DNA of 54,160 nucleotides from a virus. Its lineage: Duplodnaviria; Caudoviricetes. A program made the translations under genes and the position numbers. Numbering within the stretch: position 1 is the first letter of the stretch; every line of letters begins with the position of its first letter. The stretch spans positions 1 through 54,160 of the IMG/VR virus record IMGVR_UViG_3300028191_000002, one strand, 5' to 3'. Under the pieces are notes generated by a model. It was given only the letters and a program-made list of their open reading frames with translations. It was not told the DNA's origin and made no database searches. Shown here piece after piece: positions 9,044 through 19,418 of the stretch.

Positions 9044-9382
9044 ATGAAGAATTTTACAGTTTACAAACCGAATGCCGGGGCTTCCATTTATGCTCGTATA
9101 CACAATCCAGTAGATAACACTGCCTGGGATGACGTAACGAAGACAATGGAACTTGCTGCTGGTACGACCACTGCTGATACGTTAATAGAAGTGGCATGGG
9201 ACGCAACATTGCATAAATACCGTCTTCCAGTACCGGCACTGTTGCCAGTAGACAAAGAATATGATATCATATTCTATACCTCACAAAATGAAGCAGAAGT
9301 CCACCTGGGTAGGCGTGTATTAAATACTGCCTTACGCGGATTCATACAATCTGGGCAATTTAACATTCCTTCTTGGATATAA
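9044..9382 (+). CDS. Hypothetical virion protein
   Basis: ORF within structural operon. Confidence 0.55.
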   Translation: MKNFTVYKPNAGASIYARIHNPVDNTAWDDVTKTMELAAGTTTADTLIEVAWDATLHKYRLPVPALLPVDKEYDIIFYTSQNEAEVHLGRRVLNTALRGFIQSGQFNIPSWI

Positions 9383-9388
9383 TCAAAA

Positions 9389-9451
9389 TCGTCCTATACT
9401 AATACATAGGACGAGGTGAGATCGTCAAGCAGGGCTAATCCTGGGCATCCG
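9389..9451 (+). repeat. Intergenic element copy B
   Basis: tcgtCCTATactaatacATAGGacgaggtgaGATCGTCAAGCAGGGCTAAtcctgggcatccg. Confidence 0.9.
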
Positions 9452-9467
9452 ATTTAGAGGAGATAAA

Positions 9468-9884
9468 ATGACATATTGTGTAAAGACAGATATATACGAT
9501 GTTTACGGCGAAACGAATACAAAGAAATGGGCAGACCTCGATAATGACGAAGACTCAGCAAAGATTGATGCTCGTATTGCTAAGGCTATTGCCTGGGCGG
9601 ATAATGAGATAGACAGTCGCTTGAGAAAGAGTCTTTACTCCCTACCGTTGCAAGATGAAGATGGAGATACCCCACCGGACATTCTGAATACTGCGGCATT
9701 GTTAGCAGGTGTTTGGTTATATGAAAATAGAGGGGTGAACGATTTTGACCCAGATACTGGAGCCGCAGTACACAGGCTGGCTTATCAACGAGACCGTGCC
9801 ATTCGTACGATCCGAGAAATCTTAGCTGGTCAACGAACGATTCTGGCGATAACTCAATTTGACAGTTACCCGTGTGGTGGATAA
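9468..9884 (+). CDS. Head-tail adaptor, Mu gp36/DUF1320-like
   Basis: MTYC...D...AIAWADNEIDSRL..Y.LPL pattern. Confidence 0.8.
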   Translation: MTYCVKTDIYDVYGETNTKKWADLDNDEDSAKIDARIAKAIAWADNEIDSRLRKSLYSLPLQDEDGDTPPDILNTAALLAGVWLYENRGVNDFDPDTGAAVHRLAYQRDRAIRTIREILAGQRTILAITQFDSYPCGG

Positions 9885-9885
9885 T

Positions 9886-10458
9886 ATGGAAGTACATGTA
9901 ACTGTAAAAGTCGATAAAGTGTTATTCGCAGAGAATTTCAACGTCGGGAAAATATTCAACTCGCCGCAGATGATAAAAGCATACAAGGCGTGGGCGGTAG
10001 TTTATCGAGCAGCTATGCAAGAGCGTTTTAATACCTTTTCCCGGGGTGGTGGTGACTGGGCTCCTTTGGCACAATCCACTATTGATGCAAGACGGCACGG
10101 TGGTAAAGGTAATCACAAACGGGGTAAACGAGCTCTTAAGAAAGCAATTGAAGGTGGCGGTGGACAAGTAACCATATTGCGAGATACCGGATTACTGTTT
10201 ATGGCACTAAGTCCGGCGTTTGGTCAACCAGGACAGTTAGAATCAATTGTTGAGAATGGTATAGAAGTTGGGTTCGGTGGTACATCAGGATACCCGGACG
10301 GTAAAGCAACTATTTCTGATATTGCAGGTTTTCACCAGAAGGGGAATAAGAATCTTCCAAAACGCGAGATACTTGTGGAACCACCAGTAGGGGCAATCGA
10401 TACAATGAAAGCTATTGCAGTTAAAGCAGTAGAAGACTATTTTGGAGCATTGAAATGA
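9886..10458 (+). CDS. Virion morphogenesis/tail completion protein (Mu gpG / tail_S-like)
   Basis: W.PLA.STI..R, ILRDTG.L and A.FHQ.G....PKR motifs. Confidence 0.8.
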   Translation: MEVHVTVKVDKVLFAENFNVGKIFNSPQMIKAYKAWAVVYRAAMQERFNTFSRGGGDWAPLAQSTIDARRHGGKGNHKRGKRALKKAIEGGGGQVTILRDTGLLFMALSPAFGQPGQLESIVENGIEVGFGGTSGYPDGKATISDIAGFHQKGNKNLPKREILVEPPVGAIDTMKAIAVKAVEDYFGALK

Positions 10459-10949
10459 AAGACCCGTTATCATTGGTTTACGAAGGCTTATGGAATATCC
10501 TTGAGCAAAGTGTAGATTTCACAACAATGGTTAAACCCGGGAATCGTATTAAGTTCTCCGGTAATAACAGAGCACCATTGAAAGAAGAGGCGATGGCTGC
10601 TGATTATCCAGAGGTACGGATAACGACGCTGTCCTCAGAGCCACATCTCTGCCGCACTTCCAATGGTAGTTCTCTGAAAAAGACGTTTGCTATACAGGTC
10701 CTCAGCGGGGATCAGCGAGTTGATGCAGTTGACTTTCCTCTTGAGTGGATAATTTATAGTGCGTTGAATAGACGGTATGATACATTAGCTGACCTGACCT
10801 GGAAAGGAAAGCAATTTGTCAAAGTGCTTCGGGCACTAAATATTACAGACAACTTTGCTATGGGCGACGCAACACATCCAGCCATACGCGGGTGGGTATC
10901 CGTGTGGGCTTGTGAAATAGAAATGTGGTTTCAAACAACCGATTTATAG
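10455..10949 (+). CDS. Putative tail terminator
   Basis: Position and size between neck and tube genes. Confidence 0.5.
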   Translation: MKDPLSLVYEGLWNILEQSVDFTTMVKPGNRIKFSGNNRAPLKEEAMAADYPEVRITTLSSEPHLCRTSNGSSLKKTFAIQVLSGDQRVDAVDFPLEWIIYSALNRRYDTLADLTWKGKQFVKVLRALNITDNFAMGDATHPAIRGWVSVWACEIEMWFQTTDL

Positions 10950-10960
10950 GAGATAATATA

Positions 10961-11806
10961 ATGTCAGTATTAAGTGGAAAACTTGGTGCAGTTAATGCAG
11001 TAGATACCGTTCGTAGTTGGAGAATTTCAACCTCGGCAGCACTACAAGCATTCATAGCATCCAACACAAATGGAATGTCAGGTCAGGCAGAAGGTAATGT
11101 TGACTGGGTGGGGCAGTATGCCGCCTATGGACATACGCCACTAAAGATGCCCGGGGATACCTTTACCTTTACAGGCTCCTGCGATGGGGCGAAAGGTTGC
11201 TTTGGTCCTGCGATAGTTGATTCTGCGGAAGTAGTTATCGACATTGAGACCGGAGCAGTAATAGCACACACTGTAAACTTTAGTGGAACGGGTGCTTTAA
11301 CTTTGGGTGCTGCTGTTGTAGCAGATAGTGAAGTCCCAGCAATCTTTTCCAGTATTCAAAGGAAAGTAGAGATGTCTGCCATAGCAGGTGCGGTGGCATA
11401 CACTGAACTTGCCCACATCAGAACGGTTACTTTACGATTCTCGGCAGCGAATACCGCTTACGTGGATTCAAGCACCTCCGGACACGTGAGCAGGGAGGCT
11501 GGCAATTTGACAGTCGGGCTTTCCTTGAGTGTGTACGAAGCATCTGGGGACTTGGCGAATCTTGCAGCAGTATTACCAAATACCTGGAAAAAGGTTCGTG
11601 TATATGTAACGGCGACGGAATACTGGGAATTCAACGCCTGCGTCTTTGAGAATGCAACTGATTTTGTTATAGACAGGGAAGCTGCTACGATATGCGGTTT
11701 TACTATCGGGGCAAGATTCTCTGGCATATACAACGATGGCACAGGTCTGGTTATCGGTTCTATCGTGGATCCGGCTGAAAGTCAGTGGTGGCCTGTAGGC
11801 GATTAA
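10961..11806 (+). CDS. Major tail tube protein, apparently with two tandem tube-like domains
   Basis: AGGAG RBS before ATG 10961; lies upstream of chaperone and TMP; internal repeat. Confidence 0.65.
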   Translation: MSVLSGKLGAVNAVDTVRSWRISTSAALQAFIASNTNGMSGQAEGNVDWVGQYAAYGHTPLKMPGDTFTFTGSCDGAKGCFGPAIVDSAEVVIDIETGAVIAHTVNFSGTGALTLGAAVVADSEVPAIFSSIQRKVEMSAIAGAVAYTELAHIRTVTLRFSAANTAYVDSSTSGHVSREAGNLTVGLSLSVYEASGDLANLAAVLPNTWKKVRVYVTATEYWEFNACVFENATDFVIDREAATICGFTIGARFSGIYNDGTGLVIGSIVDPAESQWWPVGD

Positions 11807-11825
11807 TTTTAGAAAGGGAGATGCA

Positions 11826-12433
11826 ATGTCAACTCATATGGCAGGAGTGCCTATAGAACTCATTTTTCAAGATAAGAAGTATACCTTCCACCCACTCCGG
11901 GATATGGATTACGGGGAATTTGAGGCGTGGGCACAAGACAGGTATATCCAAGTAACTAAACGCAATATAGCAGATCTACCGGAAACGGAAAGACATATGT
12001 TGCTCTTACAAAGTTTTGAGCGGGCATCCTTGATAACATTTAGTTCCAAGGAAGCTCGTATTCTTATGTCAAGCGTTGAAGGTGCCGCGAAACTGTTGCA
12101 TCTAAGTATACGGCGAGGCGAACCAGCGATAACAGAGGACGACGTGAGAAAGTTATGCACGGATCCTCAGTTTGTTGTAAAAGCGTTTGATACTATTGCT
12201 CAACTAACGTCCCCGGCGATACGGAAGGCTGCTCAGGCTAAAAAAAAGAGCGGGAAGTTACCCGTGAAGAGGTCTACAAGACGCTCGCTGAAAGGTATGG
12301 GTGGACAACTGAAGAAATAAGGCAGTTGACACCATACCAACAAAGTGTCTATCTATCAGGCGATAAGCAGGATAAAGCAGACAGTTTAGACGAAGCTAAA
12401 GCAATTGTTGAAAGGTTAAGAAATGGCGGATAA
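11826..12433 (+). CDS. Tail assembly chaperone gpG (11826-12320) and gpGT via -1 ribosomal frameshift (to 12433)
   Basis: Slippery A-AAA-AAG at 12242-12248; -1 frame reads VTREEVYKTLAERYGWTTEEIRQLTPYQQ...RNGG*. Confidence 0.85.
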
Positions 12434-14048
12434 TGTAACTATTAAAATCGGAGCCGAAGTTGGTGGCTTCACCGATGGGGCGAAAGAAGTCCAGGATAGC
12501 ATTAAGAAGATCCAGGATGCCGCAAAGGATGTTGGAACCGCGGCGAAGGGTTTGATACCAGCAGACGATGCTAATGCTGCAGCTGGTGGTGTGGATAAGT
12601 TGTCCGATTCCTTGTGTGAGGTTCAAAGCATTATGGGACTTCTCGGAATACAGTCGCAAGCACTTGCCGCAGCACTTCGCGTATTAACCCTGGCTACCGG
12701 AACTATGAATACTGCTGGTATGGGTTACGTAGCAGTTATGGCAGCGATGGCAAAAGCTACTAAAGCATTTCTGGTCAGTCTTGGTCCCATAGCTATCGCC
12801 GTGCTTGCTATTGCAGTGGCGGTATGGGCGGTAACCAAAGTTTGGGGTTTTTATAAGGACGCTCAGGAACGTGCAAAGAAGGCAACTGAGGATTATCTTG
12901 CATCATCTTCAGAAGGCTTTGACCAGCTCCGCAAGTTAGAAATTGACTATTACAATGCCACCAAACAAGCTGCGTTAGCAAAAACTATGGAAATAGGACA
13001 GTTACGGGAACTCGAAGACAAGAAAGCAAATGACCTATTCCAGAAGCAGAAGCGGGCTCTCCATGAAATGAAAATGTCGGAAGAACAGTATGCTGCCGAA
13101 CTCGAGATGATTGTAGAAGAGAGAAATAGGAAACTTGTATTAATCGAGCAAACGTACAATGCCCGGATAAAGCAAGATGCTGAAGAACGAGCGGAAGAAG
13201 CAGGTAAAGCAGCGAAGGAGGAAGCAGACGCAAAGGCTAAAGCATCGAAGGAAATCCTGGAAGCTTTACAAGAAGAAAAAGAAATGTATGGTGCTACCGC
13301 CGGAGCCTTGTTGGAAAGAAAGCTAATCTTACTTGGCACCGCGGAAGCAGAAGCAGCGTTAGCAAAGGCTACCCGGGATGAGTTAGACGCAAAGAAGGAA
13401 CGAAACACTATCAAGGATACTTTGAAAGAAGAGTATGAAACCTACGCCCTGACCAATGGCGAATTAATCAAACGGCAGTTATTGTTAGCAGGTGCCTCAG
13501 AAGCCACAGCAAATGAAATGCAGGCATTACGTGAGAAGATAGATGCCGCGAAAGAAGCGGAGGAAGTCAATAAGACTCACGAGAAAACGATGGAAGACCT
13601 AACATTCCAATTTGAGTTAAACACAGCCATTCTTGAGAAGAACGTAGAAAAGCAGAGGGAGCTGAATATTCAGAAACGAATAGCTGCCGGACTGTCTCGT
13701 GAACAGGCGATGGCAGAAGTGGACGTTAGGAATAGCATTGAAGCCCAAACTGAAGCTATCACAAAAATGAAGCAGGAAGAGCAAGAGCAGTTAAATAGAG
13801 CGAAGGAAATGAACCAGATTCGCAAAGTTGGTCTTGAGCAATTATATGACCAGATTCAGACAGGATCTAAAGCAACGATGTCTACTTCCTCGTCCGCAAG
13901 CAGCAGCAAGAAGTCCTTGGCGGAAAGTTTGACAGGGGCAGTATCGTCCGCTACGGGTGGTGGAAAGATGGTTGAAGTATTGGAAAAGATTCTCGACTTA
14001 CTAACTGATGTTAAGAGGGGATTGCCCCTGATAGGAGTAGCAGGATGA
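12423..14048 (+). CDS. Tape measure protein (541 aa)
   Basis: Follows chaperone; hydrophobic segment then long E/K/A-rich coiled coil. Confidence 0.85.
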   Translation: MADNVTIKIGAEVGGFTDGAKEVQDSIKKIQDAAKDVGTAAKGLIPADDANAAAGGVDKLSDSLCEVQSIMGLLGIQSQALAAALRVLTLATGTMNTAGMGYVAVMAAMAKATKAFLVSLGPIAIAVLAIAVAVWAVTKVWGFYKDAQERAKKATEDYLASSSEGFDQLRKLEIDYYNATKQAALAKTMEIGQLRELEDKKANDLFQKQKRALHEMKMSEEQYAAELEMIVEERNRKLVLIEQTYNARIKQDAEERAEEAGKAAKEEADAKAKASKEILEALQEEKEMYGATAGALLERKLILLGTAEAEAALAKATRDELDAKKERNTIKDTLKEEYETYALTNGELIKRQLLLAGASEATANEMQALREKIDAAKEAEEVNKTHEKTMEDLTFQFELNTAILEKNVEKQRELNIQKRIAAGLSREQAMAEVDVRNSIEAQTEAITKMKQEEQEQLNRAKEMNQIRKVGLEQLYDQIQTGSKATMSTSSSASSSKKSLAESLTGAVSSATGGGKMVEVLEKILDLLTDVKRGLPLIGVAG

Positions 14049-14821
14049 CCGCATTTAGTGAAGTAGATGGCTCACCACAGGTAGACGTAACTATAGAAGG
14101 TGTTACTGTAGTCAGACAATTTAAGATTGCCTGGGGACAGCGAAAGAGCTTTATGCAAGATTTACTGGGAGTTAAGGATCACGATTATCCAGAAGCCCTG
14201 TGTAACCACGTCAAGTGCAAACGCTTCCCCGGAAAGGTTATGAGTAGTGGTGCTGATTATTGTTACTACGAATATGCGTTGGTGGATGCTGAGTATTCCT
14301 CAAATACCTTTGTAAGTATTGCGGAAGAGTTAGCTCCATCTGCGGAATTTCTTACTTTGGATGCAACCAACTTCAAGTGGGGATCTGCCTTAGGTGCAGA
14401 TCTTGAGCCTTCAGAAGCCCCAGGCAAATTAGATATGACGTTAGATTATACAGTTAGTTGGAAAAATCTAACTGTCCTTAATCCCAACCTCCTCATCGCT
14501 GGCGGGCATGTAAATGTAGCTGATGTCAATCCAAGCATTACCATCAACTCAAGATTAATGGATATCGTGTTTGAGGCACAGACACTGCTAATGCATCCGC
14601 CGGCAGTAACCAGGTCTTGGGATTTCGTTGAACAGGTAGCAACCTACGATATGACAGTACGGTTTACCTATCGACCAAACTTCTATGGTGGGGTGGCAAA
14701 AGGATGGAATTGGATATGGCGTGCGGATTCTGGATGTTATGAACAGATCTGGAGCACGAAGACTTCGGCAGCAATCAAAATCTACGAGACGATGGATTTT
14801 TCAGGTAGCTTATGGAACTAG
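14045..14821 (+). CDS. Putative distal tail/baseplate protein
   Basis: Translationally coupled downstream of TMP. Confidence 0.5.
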   Translation: MTAFSEVDGSPQVDVTIEGVTVVRQFKIAWGQRKSFMQDLLGVKDHDYPEALCNHVKCKRFPGKVMSSGADYCYYEYALVDAEYSSNTFVSIAEELAPSAEFLTLDATNFKWGSALGADLEPSEAPGKLDMTLDYTVSWKNLTVLNPNLLIAGGHVNVADVNPSITINSRLMDIVFEAQTLLMHPPAVTRSWDFVEQVATYDMTVRFTYRPNFYGGVAKGWNWIWRADSGCYEQIWSTKTSAAIKIYETMDFSGSLWN

Positions 14822-15486
14822 AATTTGTTAGAGGAAAGAAAATCACGGCGAAAGCCTTAAACGCTCTTCGGGCGAATAGGGTAAGTAGTCCTAACACAAT
14901 CCAAACGCCATACGGAACCTATCAAAGAAAGAGCGTAGTTGCGGCAGATGGTGGAACGCCAACGCCCGCAGAACAGCTTTATGTGAAGATAATTGCAGCA
15001 TTGAGCAATGACCAAAATGGCGTTACCGGGATTAGTCAGTATGTCTGCCGGTTTGACACATCTTCTTATGAAGCCTGGGTAGAAGAAGGTGGGACAGAGG
15101 ATGATGGCGATTATTCAGAAAATGCTTATGTAACTGGTTCTAATAACCGCCTGTACCAATGCAAACTTGTCTTGGATAGTGGTTTAATAAATCCAGTATT
15201 AGATACGACTGAAGTTAACTGGGCATTGATGGACGAGGTGGCAGTAAGAATATGGCATGACCCAGGAAATTTGGAATCACCACAATTTACTTCCGTAGAA
15301 GATATGCGGGACTATACGCCCAGATTAACCGTTGGTCAACGCTACCCTGTGATTGAGTGGAACGAAGAATACTATTTCCAGTTACAGTTTTCTTATGTAG
15401 GAGTTCCCGGGGAACGGTCAATAAGTTGGAATGAAGAAGAGGACAGAATGATGGCGTGTGTATCAGATACGGTGGGGAGCACCTAA
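14812..15486 (+). CDS. Putative tail tip protein with CBM-like aromatic module
   Basis: Position; YSENAYV...LYQC...NP......W module. Confidence 0.45.
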   Translation: MELEFVRGKKITAKALNALRANRVSSPNTIQTPYGTYQRKSVVAADGGTPTPAEQLYVKIIAALSNDQNGVTGISQYVCRFDTSSYEAWVEEGGTEDDGDYSENAYVTGSNNRLYQCKLVLDSGLINPVLDTTEVNWALMDEVAVRIWHDPGNLESPQFTSVEDMRDYTPRLTVGQRYPVIEWNEEYYFQLQFSYVGVPGERSISWNEEEDRMMACVSDTVGST

Positions 15487-18400
15487 TGACTAAAAACTAC
15501 TACTGGAACCAGGGCTGTCAATTCCCGATTACCGGGAAGGATGTAATTGACGGTCGGTGCTACATGTTTCTTGAGGCAATACGAAAGCTGTGTTTTCTGC
15601 TTCAATTCCCCGCCGCCGGCTATTATAAGAACGATATTTCATGCAGAGATGGTGGGCATTTACTTGAGTACGTTGCTGGGAATATCTATTATTTGGACGA
15701 CGATGAAGTTGCCTTCGCCAACTATACTACGTATATGGCAGCAAACTATTCTGGGACGGTAGAAGAAGCTCATTATCAAAGCGAATTGAAAATCTATTCC
15801 GGTGGTGTGATATGGGCGTATAATGTAGCTTCAGTTAAGACAACTAAAAACGTTTATTATTCAGGCGCCCGCTCTACTGCCCCACCTGAGAATGGTTGGT
15901 TTGAACCAAATACCAAGGGTGTATGGACAAAGCATCCAAGCAGGAATCGCTACTACGAATGGGATTTCAATAGTCTCCGCAATCTATACGCCGGGAATAG
16001 GTATCAGAATATCGATTTAAGTTATACTTACGTCAACCCCGGCGGTAGGGATTATAAATTCTTGCCGAAGAACTTTGACCCGTTCGAAGTATTACAACCG
16101 AAGTTTAGATTACCAGAAGCAATGCAGGGAAAAGCAAAGTTTGTTTCTGGTATGGCATTATCAGATAATCAGTACTACTGGTATAACCTGACCAGCGAAG
16201 GGGTGGAAGTTCCACGACTATGGAAGTGTTTAGATTATGCTACTGCTGATAGCCCGTCCCTCACTTCCGCCGATTGGTCATTGTATATGCCGGAATACTC
16301 TTCTACTGATTTTATGTTCCAGAGAAAAGAAATTGAGTTGCAGAAGTGGGATTTTTTCAAGGAGCCAATTCAAGGGCCTCAGTATACCACCGCAGAAGCA
16401 GTGGAAGTTCTAACTCATCCATGGCAGGCATTTACTCAGTACGTTCAGTTATCCGGGTGGCCTTCGGGGTTAGGTGTTGGGGTTGGGGAAGGTCGAACAT
16501 TAGACGAGCCAAAGTTATGCTCAACTACGGCAGCGTATATAGAAGCGAGTCTTGATTGGCATAGTTTTAGTGCAGAAGTAGATTCTGATTATAAAGCCAA
16601 CTATCACAAGTGGTGTGGTGGTGTGTATCAAGGAGACTCTTACACGAGTTATGATAAGGCATTAGAAGCAGAAGCAGCTATACTTGTAGCTCCTATTACT
16701 AGCATCTTTTGGGGCTGCAACGGTTCAGGATTTGAGTGGGCACTTAAGAAGGTTGGGGATTGGGATTGGTATTTTGATACCAGCTACCCACAGTATTCTT
16801 ATCTTCAGACAGCACTTGACGAAGCCATAGAAGCGGAGGATGATGATGCCATTACTGCCATCAATAACGTAATCTCAACAATTACCGGAACCTGGAGAAG
16901 GACGTGGAAACACTCAATAGGTACTCCTCAAGAACAACTTAATCTAGTTCCGTCCGATTATTCTCTAACAGCAGATGGCTGTCCTCCACGCCCGCGATAC
17001 AATGATAGCGGAACTTTGATAACCTTAGCTGCCTGGGAAACAATTGCAGCAAGCCACTACGTAACTTCTGCGGTGACTGTTGGTAATATTACAGAAAGAC
17101 ACGAACCGACCCAGAGCTACGTTTCTGGCGGTCAGACAGTCCGGGAATGGGAGATTGATAAGCTTACTGCCTTTATAAATGAGATATGGAACGTGTTGAC
17201 TGTTGAATTAAGCAAGGAAGGAAACCCTGTATCACTCAGTATGGGGCAGTTAGGTGCGGGATATTACATGGTTGGTGACGAAGGGCAAGCCAATACACAG
17301 TTAGACAACTGGTATAAAGACGCAATAGAGAATCCGACGTACAGCGGCGGCGGAATAATGGCGTTTTTTGGAAATGATTGGTTCAGCCATGTTGATGGAG
17401 CAGCGGATGTCTTTATGAGTGGCGGTCGTACAATATATGCTTTTAGGATAACCATAAACGCGCTTGATTCCGACAATTTAAGCCCAGTAACTCAGGCAAC
17501 TATATATTATAGATATTACACATCCGATAAAGGCGATACTCTTGATAAATACTACCTACCAATGACAGTTGTTTCATTAGCAGGCAATTTTTCATTTAGT
17601 GCCGGCGTAGGAATCCGTACACCACTGGCAGCAAACGCGGGAATAGGCAGTCTCAGTGTTCAGTTGACGGCACAAGAATTGACTGCCATAGTTGCGGCAT
17701 CTCCACTTCATTATACAGCAGGAGGAAGATTTGACAATGAGAATGGGTATTCTGAGCATTGGTCTAATGTCATGTATATCGATTGGACTGTTGACAATGT
17801 TTTACTTAGATATAATTTTGATTTAATACCGCATTCAGTATGGAACAGGGATGGTAATTGGCCGGTATTTGTTAATACTTTTGATCTTCCAATATTGCCA
17901 CCTTATCCAAATCCACCATACTGGATTAATCCGGCACGGATGTTTTTTGCATTTACAAATAATAATTTGAGTGGAAATATTTCAAACTGTACGAGTGTAC
18001 CAAGCGGGCGAGTTGTGCAATATATGTTTAGGTTATTAACTGGCGGGTTTAATTTGACGTCCGGCGATGCAATCGATTATTGGAACGAAACAACTGTTTA
18101 TCAAGCCGATGATGTGGCGGAATACGAAGGGTACGCATGGACGGCCATAAATCCTTATACAGGAGAATATCCGGGTTTGTATTCCGGCGATTGGACTAAG
18201 GGCGATATAATATATGGATGGTCGAGAATTTTAGCTTATGATAAGCGAACTGACTATGAGTATATCAACGAAAGCACAAATTATTATATTCAGCTTATCA
18301 CGGAGATACAGAACGAAGTTATTTACAGCTTGCAATTAACAACGAGTGTGCAAGCAATCCAAAATTATCTTTGGTATTATAACCTTGCTTCCTGGATTAC

Positions 18401-18890
18401 CGAAGCAAAGAGCTACGAGGCTGATGTAACTACTTATGACGACAGCAAAATATGCCTTTGGGGGAGTTCAGAACTTGTAATAAATGAAGAAGAATTGGAT
18501 GTAGGTGTTACTGTTGCTCGAGAACAGCAAACTGCGGGCGATCCACCAGTAGGGATAGACGCCTACGACATTACGCCAGACTGGAATTGGGCAGGGAACA
18601 CAGCAGTAGATGATGAACTGCTGACCGACAATATTGCTTTGACCTATTTATGTGATATACACGAATACGAGCCAACCAGTCTGGTATGGGATGATTGGAC
18701 AAAGACAGTAGTTTATACGGCAAGTAATGGTGAGTCTTTGACTGGATTGGTTATCACACCAACAAACTATACTTCTTGGGTAGGAATCAAAGTGCGGGCA
18801 ACTGTTACCCTAACTATGGGCAGTGTATCGCATATTTTTATAAGTGGATGGGCGTTAATCGTTCCAACTGAAGGTTTAGAATTTAGTTAA
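15486..18890 (+). CDS. Large tail tip/receptor-binding protein (~1134 aa, W/Y-rich)
   Basis: ATG 15486 overlaps upstream stop; WNETTVYQADDVAEYEGYAW...P....W CBM5/12-like module. Confidence 0.6.
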   Translation: MTKNYYWNQGCQFPITGKDVIDGRCYMFLEAIRKLCFLLQFPAAGYYKNDISCRDGGHLLEYVAGNIYYLDDDEVAFANYTTYMAANYSGTVEEAHYQSELKIYSGGVIWAYNVASVKTTKNVYYSGARSTAPPENGWFEPNTKGVWTKHPSRNRYYEWDFNSLRNLYAGNRYQNIDLSYTYVNPGGRDYKFLPKNFDPFEVLQPKFRLPEAMQGKAKFVSGMALSDNQYYWYNLTSEGVEVPRLWKCLDYATADSPSLTSADWSLYMPEYSSTDFMFQRKEIELQKWDFFKEPIQGPQYTTAEAVEVLTHPWQAFTQYVQLSGWPSGLGVGVGEGRTLDEPKLCSTTAAYIEASLDWHSFSAEVDSDYKANYHKWCGGVYQGDSYTSYDKALEAEAAILVAPITSIFWGCNGSGFEWALKKVGDWDWYFDTSYPQYSYLQTALDEAIEAEDDDAITAINNVISTITGTWRRTWKHSIGTPQEQLNLVPSDYSLTADGCPPRPRYNDSGTLITLAAWETIAASHYVTSAVTVGNITERHEPTQSYVSGGQTVREWEIDKLTAFINEIWNVLTVELSKEGNPVSLSMGQLGAGYYMVGDEGQANTQLDNWYKDAIENPTYSGGGIMAFFGNDWFSHVDGAADVFMSGGRTIYAFRITINALDSDNLSPVTQATIYYRYYTSDKGDTLDKYYLPMTVVSLAGNFSFSAGVGIRTPLAANAGIGSLSVQLTAQELTAIVAASPLHYTAGGRFDNENGYSEHWSNVMYIDWTVDNVLLRYNFDLIPHSVWNRDGNWPVFVNTFDLPILPPYPNPPYWINPARMFFAFTNNNLSGNISNCTSVPSGRVVQYMFRLLTGGFNLTSGDAIDYWNETTVYQADDVAEYEGYAWTAINPYTGEYPGLYSGDWTKGDIIYGWSRILAYDKRTDYEYINESTNYYIQLITEIQNEVIYSLQLTTSVQAIQNYLWYYNLASWITEAKSYEADVTTYDDSKICLWGSSELVINEEELDVGVTVAREQQTAGDPPVGIDAYDITPDWNWAGNTAVDDELLTDNIALTYLCDIHEYEPTSLVWDDWTKTVVYTASNGESLTGLVITPTNYTSWVGIKVRATVTLTMGSVSHIFISGWALIVPTEGLEFS

Positions 18891-18904
18891 TAGGAGATAA
18901 GAAA

Positions 18905-19354
18905 ATGAGTTTATCAGCAAGTATAAAGTTCGTCGTAGGCAGTGAAATAAAGAAGACAGTAGGCTCTTCTGAAATCGTTGCAAATTGCAATGCAAGAAAT
19001 GATATGACACTAACCGCACCAACCCTCTTTTATACCGTAGCTGGGACAATCCCAGGCGGTGGGGCGATTTCGTATGACTTGAGTGGAGCACTTACCAATC
19101 CACTCGGGGACGCTGCTGTCTTTGCCAAAGTCCAGGCAGTATACATCCGGAGTTTGACAGGAGCAACCTTTACCGTAGGCGGAGCACAGAATATTGGAAT
19201 GCTCGGAGCAGGTGACCTACTCAACGTCCCATTACTGGGAGTGTTAGGTTTCGCTGTTGACGCAGGCATCGCCGTAGCTAATGGTGCATCAGATTTGATA
19301 ACTATTACTGGGACCGCAGCGTCCACTTTTGAATTGATAGTAATAGGACAATAA
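18905..19354 (+). CDS. Hypothetical virion protein (last gene of tail operon)
   Basis: AGGAG RBS; G/A/T-rich beta protein. Confidence 0.55.
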   Translation: MSLSASIKFVVGSEIKKTVGSSEIVANCNARNDMTLTAPTLFYTVAGTIPGGGAISYDLSGALTNPLGDAAVFAKVQAVYIRSLTGATFTVGGAQNIGMLGAGDLLNVPLLGVLGFAVDAGIAVANGASDLITITGTAASTFELIVIGQ

Positions 19355-19376
19355 AAAGCATCTCCTCCTCACAATA

Positions 19377-19408
19377 CTCCACCGGTTACTGCGTAGGTTC
19401 CGGTGGGG
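19377..19408. terminator. Hairpin between convergent operons
   Basis: ctccaccgg...ccggtgggg inverted repeat between stops at 19354 and 19419. Confidence 0.5.
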
Positions 19409-19418
19409 TAACTTCTTC

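Noticed and set aside
9389-9451. CRISPR repeats, or IS/MITE ends, for the six-copy element
   Set aside because: Copies are dispersed over the genome with no spacer array, cas gene, transposase or target-site duplication
15486-18890. Diversity-generating retroelement target
   Set aside because: No reverse transcriptase and no TR/VR pair seen
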